Shown here: in pieces, positions 22,070-35,428 of the stretch
How the letters are laid out: the number at the start of each line of letters is the position of its first letter
How positions within the stretch are numbered: position 1 is the stretch's first letter
Source of the DNA: Trichosphaerium sp. ATCC 40318
Taxonomy: Eukaryota; Protista; Tubulinea
Direction of reading: 5' to 3'
Assembly (NCBI GenBank): GCA_038496445.1
Contig: JALMLS010000316.1
Location: 1 to 64,000 of the forward strand
DNA length: 64,000 nt
Notes under the pieces: model-generated
The model's input: only the letters and a program-made list of their open reading frames with translations
Told to the model about the DNA's origin: nothing
Database searches by the model: none
Position numbers and translations under genes: made by a program

Positions 22070-24847
22070 ATTTATATTAATCATCTGTGCGATGAAGCCT
22101 GTCGTATTGCTCATTCACCCATTCTCTGTGTTGTTTTTCCAAAACTCTCATGTGTGGCGTATTTCTTATTTCTTCAGGTGGTGCAAAGAGTATAGCTGGT
22201 TGTGACTTCGGCGTCATGATTTTACCATCAACTTCTACTGCTTGCTTCTCCCTCCACTAATCACGATATTAGTATTGCGGTGCGTATTTGTACGCATACG
22301 TAAGCTGGGTCATTGTAAGTGAGCGCTCCTAGGCTAATTTGTCCCATGGGTTCATTTGTTTATCTAACGAACTATTACTTTTTTTGACTTTTTTTTTTTT
22401 TGCTAAAGTTGGTAGTTACCAAGGTTGAGTGCTCAAGTCAAAACAGCAACTGTTTGCCAAACTATTCAGTGTAAGCGCTTACAAGGAAGGTACCAAACTA
22501 TAAACACGTGTGGGAAGGGTGTAAACTGCCCAAAACAGGTCGTATTATTATTTTGGTTTTTTTTTGGTTGTTGTTATTTTTTTTTTAATGTCGAGATCAT
22601 ATACTGCCTATTACATGATTGCTCACATTTGTGTCTGTATCAACATCCATATCTGTAGGGCCATTTTCTTGGACACGTTCACCCATTTTTTTACTATGAC
22701 AAGGGACAATCTCTCGAAGGCAAGTACGCAAAATTGACAATGCAAATAATTGCAATGCGTGCGTTCGGAAACTAAAAATGACCTCTTCAAAGTCTTTATA
22801 ATCCAACCGCGATTTAGAAAATTGACGTTCTAGTTTAGCGTCTATAATAGAAAAAGAACCATTAGAATTTCCATTTTATTACTTGAAAGTACAACTGCAT
22901 TTTTGTCAAGAACTCAAAAACCAATTTTCTGAAAAAAAAAATTATGATAAAAAGAAAAACTCGTACCTTCGCTTCGTAGTCGAATTATTTCACCTTCTAG
23001 TTCCCACTCTAGGAAGACAAAAGGGTGTAGCAAAGGAAAATAATGTTGCCTATTGCTATACAAAAATTCAAGAATGTCACTAGGGCCATCTTGTGTAGTC
23101 TATGATTTTAAATCAGTTCACTCGTGTTGCAAGAATAACCAAGTTGTTGAAGGATAGATAAACATTTAACGTACATCAGGTTGTCTTTCCCTAGATATTG
23201 CTTCCTTCAAACCATTCATTGCATTAATCTCCGTAACAGAATCCATTGAGTTCTCCTTTCCTTGTCCAAGCTTTATCATTATTTCAAATAAATTATTCGC
23301 ATCATCAGCCACCAAAGTATGCGTATCAACAAGTTCTGGTATTGCCATCCACTATTTTATATTTTTTTTAGGAACAAGTACACAAAGCAAGAAATAGTTT
23401 TCAAACACATTGTTTTAATTTTTATGCAAATAACAAAGAGTTTGCTTTCTTTCTTTTTAACTTGTAGGTTCTTTTGTGTAAAAAAAAATCACATGATTGA
23501 TATACTGTACCATTTGAAAACAAGATAACAAGGGCCGGAACAACGTTGAATTAAAAAGTCCTTCCTTAGCCTCATCAACAAGTCGAATATGATCTGCATC
23601 TGAAATAAAGTGCCACCAGTTCAAAAATTTCTTCATCCCACCTTTCTTGAAAAAAGAATTGATTAATTTTCTCCTCTCTCGCTGGTTTACACCCAACACT
23701 GCCGTCACCTAAATAAAAAATGTGAATTCACAATCGTACAAGTTGTCAAAAAAAATTCCAAAAAAAAACAAAATAAAAATCAAAAGCAAAAAAAAAAGTT
23801 CTGCATAAAACTCCTTTCCACGACAACTTTCCATTTTGTGACTATTCAAAAAAAACCCTTCTGTACGAGTTTGTGCATAATGAAAATATCATAACCACGT
23901 GCCTGTTGTTTGTAAACCAATAAATGATTTTCGCTGTACTTCTCCCGAATAAAACCCCAAAGTTTGTCAACCGTCATCATTGGTTGACATGTGTCATTGG
24001 CAGCCATACGCGTCCTTGCGTGCTGGAGAGTAGAACCTTCAAAGTATTGCTTCAAAAGAGACTCGTAATAATCACCTGTTGTACCAGGGGGTGTACCAAG
24101 CCTACAATACGTCAAAAGAAGGTCATCACATTTAGAAAAAAAAACAAACTTTTTTTTTGGTTGTAAAGTGTACGGAATAAGTAGGAAAAGTGATCCAGAG
24201 TAATGTGTAATATGTTTTAATAACGTTATTAGTAGTTTTGTAAATTCAAAAACTCACCCAAAGTAGTTTTTTACACCATGGCATTGATTTTTGGAACGCG
24301 CTCAATGCAAACATGGTTTTGGGGGCGAAATAACGCGTGAAGACAAATTTGGTAGAATGTTTTAAAAGCAAAATTGGCAAACTGTTATGTAAAACAAAAA
24401 AATAAATTTATAAACAAGCTGTAACGTTTTGTTGGTTGTATTATTGGCGCCAGGTGAAATGTCGCCAATAACTACATTCTCGACAAAATCTCTGTTGTAA
24501 AGTTGTTATTACCTTTCAAAAAAGTTATTCCCGGGCCTTTGACGATCAATCAAACTGTAAAATCCTTCTACACTTCCCTGTGCAATAATTCGTAACATCT
24601 CCGCCTTTCTATGCAGAAAAAACGCCAAAGCTGCCTTGTTGTCGCGGTTTGCGACAGCTGCGGATGTTTGTATAACTTTCCATTGTTTACAAATGTCTCT
24701 GTTTTCAAGGAGATATTGGTACTCACTGGTGCTCAGAACCAGTCGACAAAACTCTGTTAACCGGTTTGCTGCTTCTTCGTTTAGTTCATTGCAGGTTGTG
24801 GCTAGTACGGCTTGTAGTTCTGCGTCAATGGTGCTGGCACCCGTCAT
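22070..24847 (-). CDS. Hypothetical multi-exon protein, possibly disrupted
   Basis: Chain of co-oriented protein-like ORFs (24509-24847, 23846-24115, 23457-23708, 23166-23348, 22597-22806) separated by T-rich intron-like tracts. I could not splice it cleanly or assign a domain. Confidence 0.45.
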
Positions 24848-25342
24848 ACGTGTTGAATAGGAGGATGGAAACGGGGAAACGTATTTTCCTAATGTTTTTG
24901 TGTGAAAATAACATGCATAATAGAATTCACCGCATTCATGAGCCCAACGGCATGACGTACGTTCCGCGATGTTTTTCAGGCGTAAAATAAACTAAACGCT
25001 TTTTCTCCTTTTGACCCTTTTCGCCGTTTACTGCTTAAAGAGGCATGCCTGTATACTGGTACGTATGACAAATGGGTCTCCTTATCGTTATTTACTAAAA
25101 ACTGCAACTTCTACAATTAAACTGATTAAAAACAACTACAAGGGTTTGTTGAAGTTATTGCAAAAATGTCAAAACGGAGATAACATTTTATTTCCTCGTG
25201 CTCATAATTTATTCCTCAATAAAACTATCGATAGAATCATGCCTCACGTTGCAGAGATATTAACATTTGTTCAACAAATGACATGTGTCATAAATTAAAC
25301 GAGATATGGTGAGCTCCCAGTCTTATTAGCACTTATCTTTGT

Positions 25343-26444
25343 CTAGCATGACCTCTTTTCCCAATATTCAACGTCTAAACGTGAGCAGTAGCTTTGAAAA
25401 GGGAGAACGTTGATTACAACTGTTAGAAACAATGGAGTGCAGTGTAGCTTAATTTTTTTTTTATGTTACATTATTCATTAATTGGTCTGTTTTTTTTGAG
25501 TTTGCTTTCCTCTTCGCTTTTCCACGAGCCTATTGATAGTGGTGGAAAGTAACCTATTATATAATGTGAGTTGAAGATAAATTTAAAGATAAAATAGCAC
25601 CTTTGATTACAACTATTTTTACCCAAACGTCTTCTCCAATTATTCCATCGAAACTCGTAATTTGGTTCAATAAGAGACAAAGCACTAGGCCAGTACTGTT
25701 CTAGCCTTCGACCACCTCTTTGTGCAACCTGTGTAAATGATACTTTATACCTTTGATATCACGTTAATAACTATGCAAAGGTAGGCGTAAACATAAAAAA
25801 AAAGGAGCCATACCACTGTTCCGGTCTAGTGACATTTAGTGACTGTTTGACAGATTGCAAAAATTCTCTCTGGAACTGTTCCTGACGCCACCGTGACTCC
25901 CAGTGGAAGTTTCTGTCCTTCCATGGATACTCTGGGTACAGTACCTTAAGCGTTCTCTTCAGTGACTGATCATAGCTGGATTTTGTTAGTGAAAATGAAC
26001 AATGTCTGTTGAACGTGACACGCACCGATTGATAAATTGCTTCTTTATACGTAAGTTGTCACACACGGAGGTGTACCATCCGTCAAGAGTTTTAATGTCA
26101 TTTTCTTGTGCTGCGTCATTTAATGCCGCTTTTTGGTTTCGGATGTCATCCCAATAGTTGCTAGGTAGTCTTGCACTAGCTTGCGTGTTAGAACAATGTG
26201 TCAGTGGGGGAAAAAAGCCAAACGAACGTAAGCAACACGACATGTACCAGAAGTTAGATACAACCCATCTGTGATCAGGGAAAGTGGTCTTGAGCGTGGA
26301 TGGCAGGTTTTGTAGTCGTTTCGATACTTCGTGCGGTACATCAGAGAGCTTTACGCTGTACCAATCATCTAGCTCCCTCACGCCTAGTTTTACAGCGATG
26401 CAATCCAATAAAGTCGTTGTACATGCTACGTTGGCTAAACGCAT
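25343..26444 (-). CDS. Trp-rich repeat protein (xxDWY / LxxxYPxxxW repeats) of unknown function
   Basis: Three units: KLGVRELDDWYSV..LKTTFPDHRW; YWDDIRNQKA..DIKTLDGWY..LKVLYPEYPW; RWRQEQFQREFLQ..LNVTRPEQWY..LSLIEPNYEF. 3' end approximate. Confidence 0.65.
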
Positions 26445-26556
26445 TTAAGAAGCCATTTTGTGGCAAATGCGCACAATCACCACTGTTTGAATAGTTTACA
26501 ATTAATATTGCTGGCATAATCGTGTTGACTTACACAAGAAACTCCCAGCTCCACTG

Positions 26557-28496
26557 ATGGTGTGGTCGGTTGTTGTAAATCCTGGTGAATATTTTGGGCC
26601 GTTCAGTTTGGGTACTATGGAATTCTATGCCCTTTTGTCTTTATATTTAACTCCTGTTGTATTTTTGACACTCTTATACAATAATAGGTGATAATATACG
26701 ACATGTATTGCAAAAAGTTAGAAATGACTCCACACGCTTTCAACAAGTAAATTTTAGGTACAACGAAAAGGTACGTTATATTGTGTACTCTTTTGGCGTT
26801 ACATTAAATTATCTCGTTTAAGGATCCTTTATCGATGGGATTATGCGTTGATTTGGTTAGCGTTGGCGTAAGCTTGCGTTTCAGTGCTATTACACAACGG
26901 CTAGAATCAATTGGTACTATTTATTTTAATTGTTTGTTATTTACCTTTCATGTAGCTGTATTGAGCCTAGAGAGATTAGAATTAACGTACATGGGTAATG
27001 TTTTCAGGTAAGCCTCATTGTTGACGTCAAAACATTTCCTTTTGCTGAACTCCCTGTCAAAGTACACCAAGCATGCCACCTACTGTGCTTTTACTTCACA
27101 AACGTTTTGGACCAACGGCTCCTGGTTTTGTCGACAAAGTCGATAAGACGTTTGTTGTGTCTTATCCAGGTATTTCCTTCTCATTTACTGTACCAGACTC
27201 TAAAATAGATGACGTACGTCAACAATCAGAGAAGTTCTATTCTTTATTCTCACGTCACATTCTCCATGTCTCATGAATCTTTTTCAGGCCAACTTGGACA
27301 CAACACAACTTGTTTTATCGAAACTACATATATTCAAAAAAGAGTCTCTATCAGCATCATCTATTCGCGCAAAACAAAGCCACCCAACAGTTCTAGTAAA
27401 CCCAGGCCAAGGCGTTACAGTATTTGGTCTTCAATTATTGGACAACAAGGACGAATTTGAAAATCAACGTAGTAAACGACGTGGCACTCTCACGTTTCAA
27501 TCTCGTCCTCAAGACGTTCTATCACTGTTTGGAGCACCAGATTCTATATTTCCAAAAGCAAAGGATCTACTACAAATTCACAGACGGTAAGTGATGTTAA
27601 GGGCGTTATAGTCTTCTGTATTACGTTTTTTTTCTCAAAAATGATGGCAAAATAGTAACCAGTAGTTTTCTCATAATACCGCTTTATAACACGTGTTTTT
27701 AATCCGACATGTGGTTCTTGAGAATCTTATAATGTTAGGCAACATAAAGGGCAGAATAGACACCCTAATTACAGGGACTACTTTTATAACTTTTTCGAGC
27801 TTGGTATTGATATTTTATTTGATGGGCAATCTCAGAAGATAAAGAAGATTATTCTACATACTAATCTTCCTACACATCCTACTTTTAATCAATACAGTAA
27901 ATGCTTTTATAATATAGTACCTCCAAACGCACAAAATGTACGTTAACCATGGAACAAACCAACACATTATTTCGAACATTTGCATCCTTCAGAACGAAAA
28001 GTTTAAACTTGAAGAACAACTCTTTACAGTTCCTTCATTCAAATTATTACTTTTCACCCTGACCTCTCATGGAAATACCATATGGTATATTCTTTTGATA
28101 CAATGGTATTTTAGTAGGTGGATAGCATAATTTGAATGATTTGAACAGTAATTATTTCGTGATATTTCTTTTTTATTTTAGTGTTTTTCTTCTCATAACG
28201 TACTGCATAGGCCGACGCTGAAGGACCTCCTGTTTATGTAACACCAGACATGAAGGTACTACTTTCTCTTTCCTACTTTTTATCACCTTCACGTGATTCT
28301 CACGTGATCTCTATAGTGGGATAAAGTAACACAAGTTTTTGGACCTGCTGGTCAACCTTTTGTTTCTCCTGGAGCAGATGATAACCCTTTCGGAGGATCT
28401 CATTATTACGCTTATAAAGATATAATTTTCGAAGTTATGGACAATGACATGTATACTGCTAACATTACACTTTTCAATTCAGAATTTTACCGATGA
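26557..28496 (+). CDS. PHAF1: UPF0183 family protein (PHAF1/C16orf70-like)
   Basis: PGEYFGPFSLG, RFGPTAPG, SYPGISFSF, PQDVLSLFGAPDSIFPK..LQIH, DYFYNFFELGIDILFDG..KIKKIILHTNLPTHPTFNQYSKC, NPFGGSHYYAYKDIIFEVM. Confidence 0.9.
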
Positions 28497-28943
28497 TACT
28501 ACACGTGTAAACGTGTGTGGAGCGTGACAATGTACAAAAGAAAAACACTCGAATAAAAAAAATTCTATTGTGTCCTTTTTTGTTAGTACCAAGTGCTAAA
28601 GTACTTGCATATCTCACTCCACGTGTTCTTTTCTTAGCCAGAGAATCTCGAGTTAATGTTTCGTCTCAGAACAACAAGCATTCATGGAAACCAAACGCAT
28701 CAGTCTGATTCTGGTAGCTCCGTGATGACACAGCAAAGACACGTGAGGGAAAAATAGCACCAGGCAAACTGTCAGATGTGTATGTTGCCAAAGATCAAAC
28801 ACCAGATTGGTGTAAGAGCAGAAAGGCACGTGCAATCGAGAGTTACGCTGTTTCTCACAGGAACAGCAGGTTTTCAGCTTTGTTTTCTACTAGCTAGTAG
28901 CAACGCAGATGTATAAAATACAATGTTATTTTATTAATAGCTT

Positions 28944-31900
28944 CTACACCACAGGTGTAATATTTACAGGCTTATCAACTTTGCGTGAATTGGCAGATTT
29001 ACCTCTTTTGGACCTTTTAGAAGATGAAAAACTCCTAGTCATTGATTCTAAAGAGTCATCTTCTTTCACATTATCTCTTGAGACGACAGATGATTGGGAT
29101 CGTGAGTGCTTTTTTTTCTTTTTTCTTCCCTTTGAGGACTTGCTAGATAAAGACAGCGATTCATCAAGTAATACTTGTTGTTTATCTTTAGATGATTTCT
29201 TTGAACCAGTTTTGTCATTATCACGTGACTTTGAATCTCTTTTTTTTGATACTGAACGATTTCTCTTTGATCTCTTTGTACTTCTTCTCTCATCTCCAGA
29301 ATGTTTAAGACCTCTTGATCTACCTCTTGATTTTTTAGCTACAATAGTGTTCATCACATCATTCAGATGTTCCTTATGCTTTTGGTCCATGTCTTGTCTC
29401 TCTTGTAATTGATTATGCATTAGCTCTAGTAATAGTAAAGAATCTCCATCTGCGACATCTTTGAGCACATTCAAGTCTATTCCCATCGTGTTTTGTTGTT
29501 TTACTTTTCTTGAAGACTGAGGTATAATAGAGATTGGTCCAATACGTTCAGGAGGTGCCAGTTCCGGTACATGTTTTGGCTGTGGTTCCACTATGAGTTT
29601 TGGGTCATCTTGTGGTAGTTCAAAAATCACGTGATATCGAGGAAGTGCTTGAGATTCTACACAGTTCATGAGTATATGAATTTTTAAGACAACGATTGTC
29701 TTCGTAAAGAAAAGAGCTTAAAACTACCTTGGTTGATTACTAACTCATCAAAAATGTTTTCTTTCGGTTGGTTTTCTTCAGGAATAAGACCTTCCTTATC
29801 AACTATAGAGAAGGGTATAAGCACGATAATCCTTTCTACTTTACACTTTTTTAAACTCACCAAGCACATAATGACTTTGATATCCACACTGGAGACCTTT
29901 TCCACCTAAAGAATCCTTTCCACTTGGTGATTCGATAACCTGTTATTCAAAGGAGTTAGAAGTAATTACTTCTTAATGAGGTGAATCAAGAAAATCGTAC
30001 AGGATAAACATTGCCAGGGAACACCAATGAGAGGATTACATGAACTCGTTTTTGGCCTTTTGTCTTTCCATACTCACATGCGTATGGCACGTGTGAGGTA
30101 AAGTACATACCTAGTAGCAAGTTAATATCGGCCTTATGCGCTATTAATGACGATTAAAAACACACCTGTGCCATAGTATCCTAGAAATAAGATTAGAAAG
30201 TCAACATGAAGCAGGAAAAAAAAACCGTGCCATGATCAGTTGTCCCGACAACGCTGAACCCAGCCTGACAAATACTCGAAACTGCACTTTCCCTTGTACC
30301 ATGAGCCATTATCAAAATGGGTGTCTAAACAGGCCTTTAGAGAACACGCAAGAAAAACACTAATGATAAAATCGACAGATGTACCTCGTTGTAGTCATAG
30401 CGTTGTGCAGTCATTATACTATCACCGTTTGTATCATCGTTGAACATGAAGCTATTCTTCTGTTCCCATAACGCATCACATTTTCGGAGTCGCTCTCTGT
30501 AAGCACTTTGAACGCACATCCGCTTCTTTCCTGTCCAGTCTCTTCGTCTGAAAACATGTGGTTGACTCCTAAGCTCAAAACATAAGGGTTTTTTTTTGTC
30601 TTAACAGCTTCGTACTTATGCCTGTGCGTCATTAAAATAGCGTTTTCTCCAAAACGTCTTGACTGAGCCTCATTGTGAATCATTGATGCACCAACAAGTT
30701 TATAACTATCGCCTACGTTGTGTAAATCACGTGATTTCATTTCATTTCACTTGGCTCAAAAATGGTAAAAAAAATGTACCTCCAAGCAATGTGATGTATT
30801 TCTTTAGAAGTTTCAGTTCTCTTCTTGCAACTCGATCATCGTTATTAAGAAGATCCAATGTCCTTGTTCGCTCTTAGATATGCGCAAGTAATGATTGAAA
30901 AATACCGTACCTGTAGTCAATGGTACCATGTGTAGTACGTGGGTGTGGGTAGAACCACTTGGGTGAGAAATCAAGACGGAAAGATAGTTGCCATCTATCA
31001 GGGAACTCTTTCTTGTCTGTTTTACTCTGATGCATACTACCCATGTCATCTATAGCATTGATATTACTATCCCATTCATCAGAAAGTAATGCAGCCTGCA
31101 TTTTGATAAACAGTAAGAACAAAAAAAAAAATAGTAAGAGATCACTTACCATTTTCCTATCGAGGATGTAGTTTCCTTTACTCCATTCCTCGTATGAGAT
31201 ATTACTTGTCAAAAGCGACAAACCACCATTGCGCAATGCGGAGGCCCAATAATCGCGGGTAAGCTACAGGTAATCAAAAAAATCAAATGGGCAAAAAAAA
31301 ACACGTGATAATCAGTTCTCTTTGAGGTGAAATACGCAAAAGACTTTCAGACTTAATTCTTGTAATAACGCACCAATTGACTTATCCATTCCTCAGTAAC
31401 GTATTTGGACCATGCAGGGTAGTTCTTTGTGTCTATGTGCCAACTTTTTTCTGTTTCGAGAATGACTGATATCAAATCATCTCTTGCCAAGAAAGAAGGA
31501 TGCAGTTTACATGATACCTAAAATTAGTTAAACAACGTCATTTCAGAAGTTTCTCCTTGGATGGAGCTCAAGTTTCAAATAGCGTACTGCAATCAACTCA
31601 CTCGGAAATGATAGTCCGAGTCGCTCTGTTAGTGCAACCAATCTAATTCTGAAACTTCTTGTGGATTGTTGCCAATTTACAAGTTCATTAACTAGTACAA
31701 TTATAAGGACCTTCATGTGTAAGACTAAGAGGACTCACTATTAATAACCTTCAGCGAGTTTAATTTTGACTGAGCGTAATCACCTATGATAAACCATTAA
31801 TAATTGGCAAGAGGAGCAATTAAAACTTGTCAGTTGAAAAGAGAAAAAACGGATAAGGCTTACTCTCCAAAAACTCTAGCTTTTGACGGATGTGTTCGCC

Positions 31901-34448
31901 TCTTATTAAAGCCTGACAGAGCAATAAACTTTTCTTCTCTTCATCGTTAAGTGTTCGCTTTATCGTTTGTCTAGCTAACTCCGAACGTGTTGCGTTCTTG
32001 TTAGACTGGTGAAACTCAGATTTTTTGATTATCTCTAAAAACACGTGATAAGCACACAAAAGAAAGAAACACTCGAAAAAAAAAAGCTCTTGAATGGCTT
32101 ATATCAAACTTACTGTTCCAATTGGCGAGTTTAAAAAGTGACTTGGCGCCCTTGTCTACGACTTCTCTTTCCCTTCGTGATAGCACGTGCGAGGAGTTCG
32201 CTCTTCTCATAGGCAATTTTGGTGAAGCCACAGCTGGTTTAGGCGATTTCGGAACTCTTTTTATCTCTGGGCTTTGTCTGTGTTGTCTTCTTGGACTTTG
32301 TCTTCTAGGACTTGGAGTACGAGTGTTGCCTATTGTAATTAACCACGATCTTTGATCCGCTACAAAGAACGGGAAGTAATCTTCACCCTGCAGTTCCTTG
32401 AGTAGTTTAAGGATCACTTTGAATCTTGGTCTGTTCGAAGGCTTTTCGCTCCAGCATTTCTTCATGAGAGCTTTATAGTACTGAGGTATCCCTGTTACTG
32501 GAGGACGCTTTCTCTTTGCGATCTACAAAAAAACAATCAATGAAAAAAAATCTTGGGAATTCACTGTCTTCTTTTGCTTTTCATCGGTCTTGGTTTCTTT
32601 CAACTAAGCTATATTACGCACCAAGCTCATCCATGCTAATGGGTTAGAATACTGATCTGGTGAGAATATCTCACACATAATCATAGCAAAGGAATAAACA
32701 TCAGCTTCTTCAGTGAACTTAAATGTTGAACCGGCAGTTTTTACATTTAAGATCTCTGGCGGCATGTACGCAATGTGGCCATGGCTTTTAGAATACCTAC
32801 AATAAAATAGTAAGAATATAATCAATGCCTCTTTGAAAACATCAAAGAACGCACCACGCTTCGCTACTGCGCTTAGAAAATCTACTCAAACCAAAGTCTG
32901 AAATACAAAGATTAAGTTTCCCTTTCACTTTGAACTACGGAGTACCACGTGAGTAAAAAATGAAAGTAAACCAAAAGAATTTCTTACCAGAACATTGCCG
33001 CTATTTAAATCTCTATGCAAGATACCTCGCTCATGCAAGTACGCCATACCACTTGCAATTTGAATGCAAATCTAAAAATCTATGAACCAAGAAAAAAAAA
33101 GAAGAAGACTACACTTGTATGCTATATAGCTTCTCATACAAGTCCTCTAGTTTTCTCATAAAGTCACCAACAATACCAAGCAGCCAATAAGCTACGATTT
33201 CCATATTTAAATGGAGATAAGTACGAACGTTGGCTGGTGACTTTGTGAAACCACATGTGAAATAATGCGGATTAGATAACTGTTTCGAAATTGTACCTTC
33301 AAGGCTGTATCTAAATCCATTGACTTTTTTCTATTATTCAGGTACTCTTTAAGATCTCCACCTTTGTAATATGTCATTACAATGAATAGATTGTCATCCC
33401 CAGACCGACAAAAACCCCGCAACCTTACTATATTTTTATGTTGAACGGAGCTACAAAAAAACCGAATTAACAAAATAGTCACTGAACACGTGGTTTAAAT
33501 AATCAAAGTCCGCACCTCAATACAGCTAATTCCTTCTCTAAAGCATCTTTTTGCTCATTTTCAAAGTCATCATTTGAGTCCTTGACTGATTTAACGGCAA
33601 CCCAAGTTCCTACAGAAAACACGTCACATAAACCAAGCTTATTTACGTTTAACTAACCCCTGTGCTTGATTTTGAATACTATACCATAACCACCTATGCG
33701 CTGGATGAGGGATGGTGCATTAATTCCTTTGGTACAATCACTCCGTACCTCGCCCAATATCCTCTTTAGAACTCACGTCAAACTCCGATGGGTCTATTCT
33801 CCTTACACTACCATGTTGCTCACGGTTTTTTGTCACTAGAACTGTGCCGATCAAATTGAATTTTCCGTCATGTATTCCACAGTACTTCTTGCATGTTTCC
33901 CAATCTAAAATGGATATCAGCAAGGCATTACACATTATTTGGATCGAGTGTAGCTATATTTGGCTTGTTCAAAAAACTGTGAAGGAAGTGGACCGTGTAG
34001 TTTTGTTTGATATGTACAATTGTCAGGAGCCAGTGCAAAAAAACCGTTTAATTAACACGTGACTACCATTGGGCTATTTATCGGGATGAAAAGTTGAACC
34101 GAAATTCCGACAACTCCCTAACACTGACGTCCCAATTTCCCCCTCTTCGAAAAAAAAAAGTACAAATTCTTTTTGAGTGTACCTGCTTCAGTTTCTATCG
34201 GAATTGGATCTCCGTCTACATCCTTATAGCTGAGCTTATGTATATTCTTCTCGTTAAACGTTTTCCTTGTTTCCTCAAACAGTTCTTCCAAAGTCGCTTT
34301 TTCTGGTAAATAATACCTCTTTATCAACCGTGAAGCATCGCTAGACGTTTTAAATATTAAATCACGTGATAATTGTTTATTTCGTTTAAACGTACCTCAA
34401 ACTACGTACAAGAGCGCATTTTATTTCTATTGTCGCGCTCTCCGCCAT
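28944..34448 (-). CDS. Multidomain PB1 - tyrosine-kinase-like kinase - IQ - PARP-like ADP-ribosyltransferase with a Lys/Ser/Arg-rich tail
   Basis: PB1: IEIKC..LSYKDVDGDPIPI. Kinase: IGRGGYG, VAVKS, HKNIVRLRG, HRDLNSGN, SDFGLS, YMPPE, ADVYSFAM, CWSEKPSNRP. IQ: CQALIRGEHIRQK. ART: MAHGT, GYYGTGMYFTSHVPYA, YQSHY, IFDELVI..QALPRYHV. Exons from the kinase end to the ART splice in frame. A further 3' exon near 28700-28890 is possible. Confidence 0.88.
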
Positions 34449-35428
34449 TAGATGACGAACACTGTCTAAACAAACAACTTAACTGCACGCGTTTAAGTTC
34501 AAGAATGTGCTAGAACTGGTGCAGTTCGGGGCTTCAAAACTTGTGTTTTATGAAATTAAAAGGTTGTTGTCTAGTCAACAGTGTCAGTAAGGCGAAAATG
34601 TCTTCTGTAACTTTAAGAATTTCATCATGTGCACGCAACAAAATTAGCAGTGCATCACACGCTCCACGTTGACGCTACTCCAATAAAATAAGACCGCAAT
34701 ACTGATGTTGTGTCCACCAAGCAATGTTCTGGTCAGTGTAGGTGCGTCTGCACTGTAGCGAGCCTCTACTTTCGGCCCAAAAATCTACTTGTACGTTTCG
34801 CATTGATTTGTGTTTATCAAACCTATGAACCAAAAAAGTCGTTCCTACCAAAGACAGATTTTTCAGCGCTTTTTACAACCAATTTGGTTTTTCTTACCAT
34901 CCCATGAAATCGCATTATTAGATAGTTTTTATGAACTCTACGAACAAGCAGCAGCCTTGATATACGTAGGCATCACATGTATACCACGTGGTGGGCACAT
35001 TCTCAGTTATACAGGGTCTTCGAGAAAGCTACAAGTTGATTTGACTTTGTTGTCGCGATGGCAATTAAGGTTCGGTTCAGGCAGAGCAACGCAATGTCAC
35101 ATATGACATACAAACCGCATTGCCAAAACCGTGTTCCATTTGTCTGCATTGACAATTAAACAAACATACAGCCAGCTTTGAGATCTTGCTTCTGTAATAA
35201 TTTCTGAAGTACTTCTGAATTGAGATTGCTGTGGCATTACCAAAGAACAAGAAACGCATAATTTTCGCAGAAGTAGTATTGTATACACAACACTGCTTCT
35301 TTCTTACGTCATTTCAATATGGGCCGTTCAAACCAAGTTCTGTGAAACAATACCGATTCGTTCCCTTTGTAATTATTTGTTAGTTTTCTGTCCATCCATT
35401 CGAACGATAACTACGTACAAAAGGCAAT

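Noticed and set aside
28690-28890. Cys-rich segment with in-frame TGAs after the kinase-ART gene (readthrough or selenocysteine)
   Set aside because: The frame and splice sites are ambiguous, with no conserved context or SECIS evidence. An unresolved last exon or UTR is more likely.
28909-29412. Long antisense ORFs (also 14602-14922, 32122-32355, 52671-53279, 59909-60349)
   Set aside because: Shadows of low-complexity or repetitive coding sequence on the opposite strand.
34810-35330. Possible degenerate ankyrin-repeat pseudogene
   Set aside because: Only faint motifs (PRGGH, KTVFHLSA) among stops; not supportable without a profile search.
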